From Sphaerodactylus townsendi (lineage: Eukaryota), in NCBI RefSeq assembly GCF_021028975.2, contig NC_059433.1, positions 23,002,001 through 23,066,000 on the forward strand: a stretch of 64,000 nt of DNA, read 5' to 3'. The notes beneath the pieces were generated by a model. The model was not told the DNA's origin. It saw nothing but the letters and a program-made list of their open reading frames with translations, and searched no databases. Made by a program: the position numbers and the translations under genes. This document shows positions 62,428-64,000 of the stretch, piece after piece; the stretch's first letter is position 1, and every line of letters starts with the position of its first letter.

Positions 62428-64000
62428 GTGAGACAAACTTTGTTAGAATGAGGGTTACTTCTGAAATATATAATTTGTATTGATTTCTTCATTGAACTTC
62501 CCATTTGGCAGTTGGTATACTTCAAGTAACTACGTACAGTATTAAAACTTTTCACATCAACTTCAGTGATCTCAAATGTGAGAGGAGAAACCAGATGAAA
62601 CACTGCTCACATTTTAAGGGAAGAAAGGTTCAAAGACAGACTTAATGCTGAATACGTATAATATCATTAGTGCCATCTGCTAGGTTCAGTCTCCAGTTGC
62701 TAAGCAACTTGTTTTGTTAAAACAGCAGCATAAAACATGTTAAGTGTAAAAGGCATAAAAACCTCAGCAGGTTAAAAAAAAGCCAAATCAAAGCACAGCG
62801 ACGGGACGAGTCTTGAAGATCTGCCTACGGTTGGCAGGGGTGAGGAACACTGCGAAGGCAACAGCAGTGTGAAAGTCTGTCCCATCACGGCCAAGTTTGT
62901 GATGGTGCTATCTGAAGATCACTGACTGCTTCATTTATTTAATTCATTTACGATCCTTTCTTGCTTAGACTGAAGGCACATTGAAAAACATTGTAATAAC
63001 AAACAGTATAATACATATACTCATTGATAGGCTCATAACATTAGAGAATGCAAAGGTGACAATAAAACAACTGCAAAATTAGAAGAGCAATGCAATAAAA
63101 GTATAATATATAGAGCAAACAATGTAATAACACCGGATTTATGATGTGCTATATCCAAAGAAAGCATGTGTGCAATTTTTGTGCCTGAGATGGGCAGAAC
63201 AGTAGTTAGCTTATAGCCAGAATACTCTGGCTATAATCAGTTCTCTTCAGTCAAATTCTACATCATTCAATATGTTTCCTGTGTTTGCTTTAGTGCATGT
63301 CCTGCACAAAGTTAAGCTACTTAAATCCCAATAAAATGAACTGACTTAGCCTAACTTTTTCGGAGTTACTCAATTCGAGTCCAGTAGTACCTTACAGACC
63401 AACAAGATTTTTGGCATATGACTTTTGAGAGTCAAAGCTCCCTTTGTCAGGTGCTTTGATTCTAGAAAACTAATAACTGCAAAAAAAAATTGGTCTCCAG
63501 TTGCTACTGCACTTGAGTCTAGCTGTTCTACAGCAGACCAACACTGTTACCTTATGAAACTATGTCAGGATTGCAGGTATATTTAAGCAAAAGATAATGT
63601 AGAAGGTGGAAAAGGAGTCTAAAGTTTGTGGCACCTTCATTATCCTAAATACTAATTTCAAAAAGGATAAGCACCAAACGCATCAGCTTGTAATTATGCT
63701 TTAGAACGATGTTCCAGTTCCAAATCATTGGAACCATTACTACAATGACCTTCATTTCACTAGCTCAAGTTGTTACTAATTTTAGCCTACAGTCTCCTAT
63801 TTCTAAACTTTACAGCCATGAGCCAGAGGGATGTCATGTTACTTTCTCCAAAGAGTATAAGTTTTTCTGCAAGACTGGTCTGTTCTTGCTTTATTCATAT
63901 GTCAAAAATAAAACCTCGTGTGAATGAGAGGGATGCTGGCATAGCACTGCCTACACGTTGGTGTTAGCAGAAGTAGAAGTAGATGCATTTTATATCACAG

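Overview
Vertebrate genomic DNA, most likely a squamate (gecko-like repeat content), covering the conserved RIOK1 - CAGE1 - SSR1 block. RIOK1 is on the minus strand (coding exons 1-4, running off the window start). It is head-to-head with CAGE1 on the plus strand (~12.5-42 kb), which is followed by SSR1/TRAP-alpha on the plus strand (exons 1-7 plus a 15-nt microexon; last exon beyond the window). The main surprise lies antisense inside a CAGE1 intron: an intronless, open-frame BMPR2 retrocopy with its long GC-rich 5' UTR. It encodes signal peptide, the complete 10-Cys ectodomain, the TM helix and the juxtamembrane segment, then leaves BMPR2 homology exactly at the exon 5/6 boundary and ends in a 13-aa novel tail. 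It is therefore a candidate kinase-less decoy BMP receptor. Its 3' end is an L2 LINE tail rather than poly(A), and the whole cassette is nested inside an RTE-X-like LINE that has a 13-bp TSD. Other content: many hAT MITEs (one SPIN-like), CR1/L2 fragments, SINEs, Penelope-like fragments carrying minimal hammerhead ribozymes, one N gap and some apparently low-quality sequence. Gene identities and human exon comparisons rest on recalled sequences, not on database searches.
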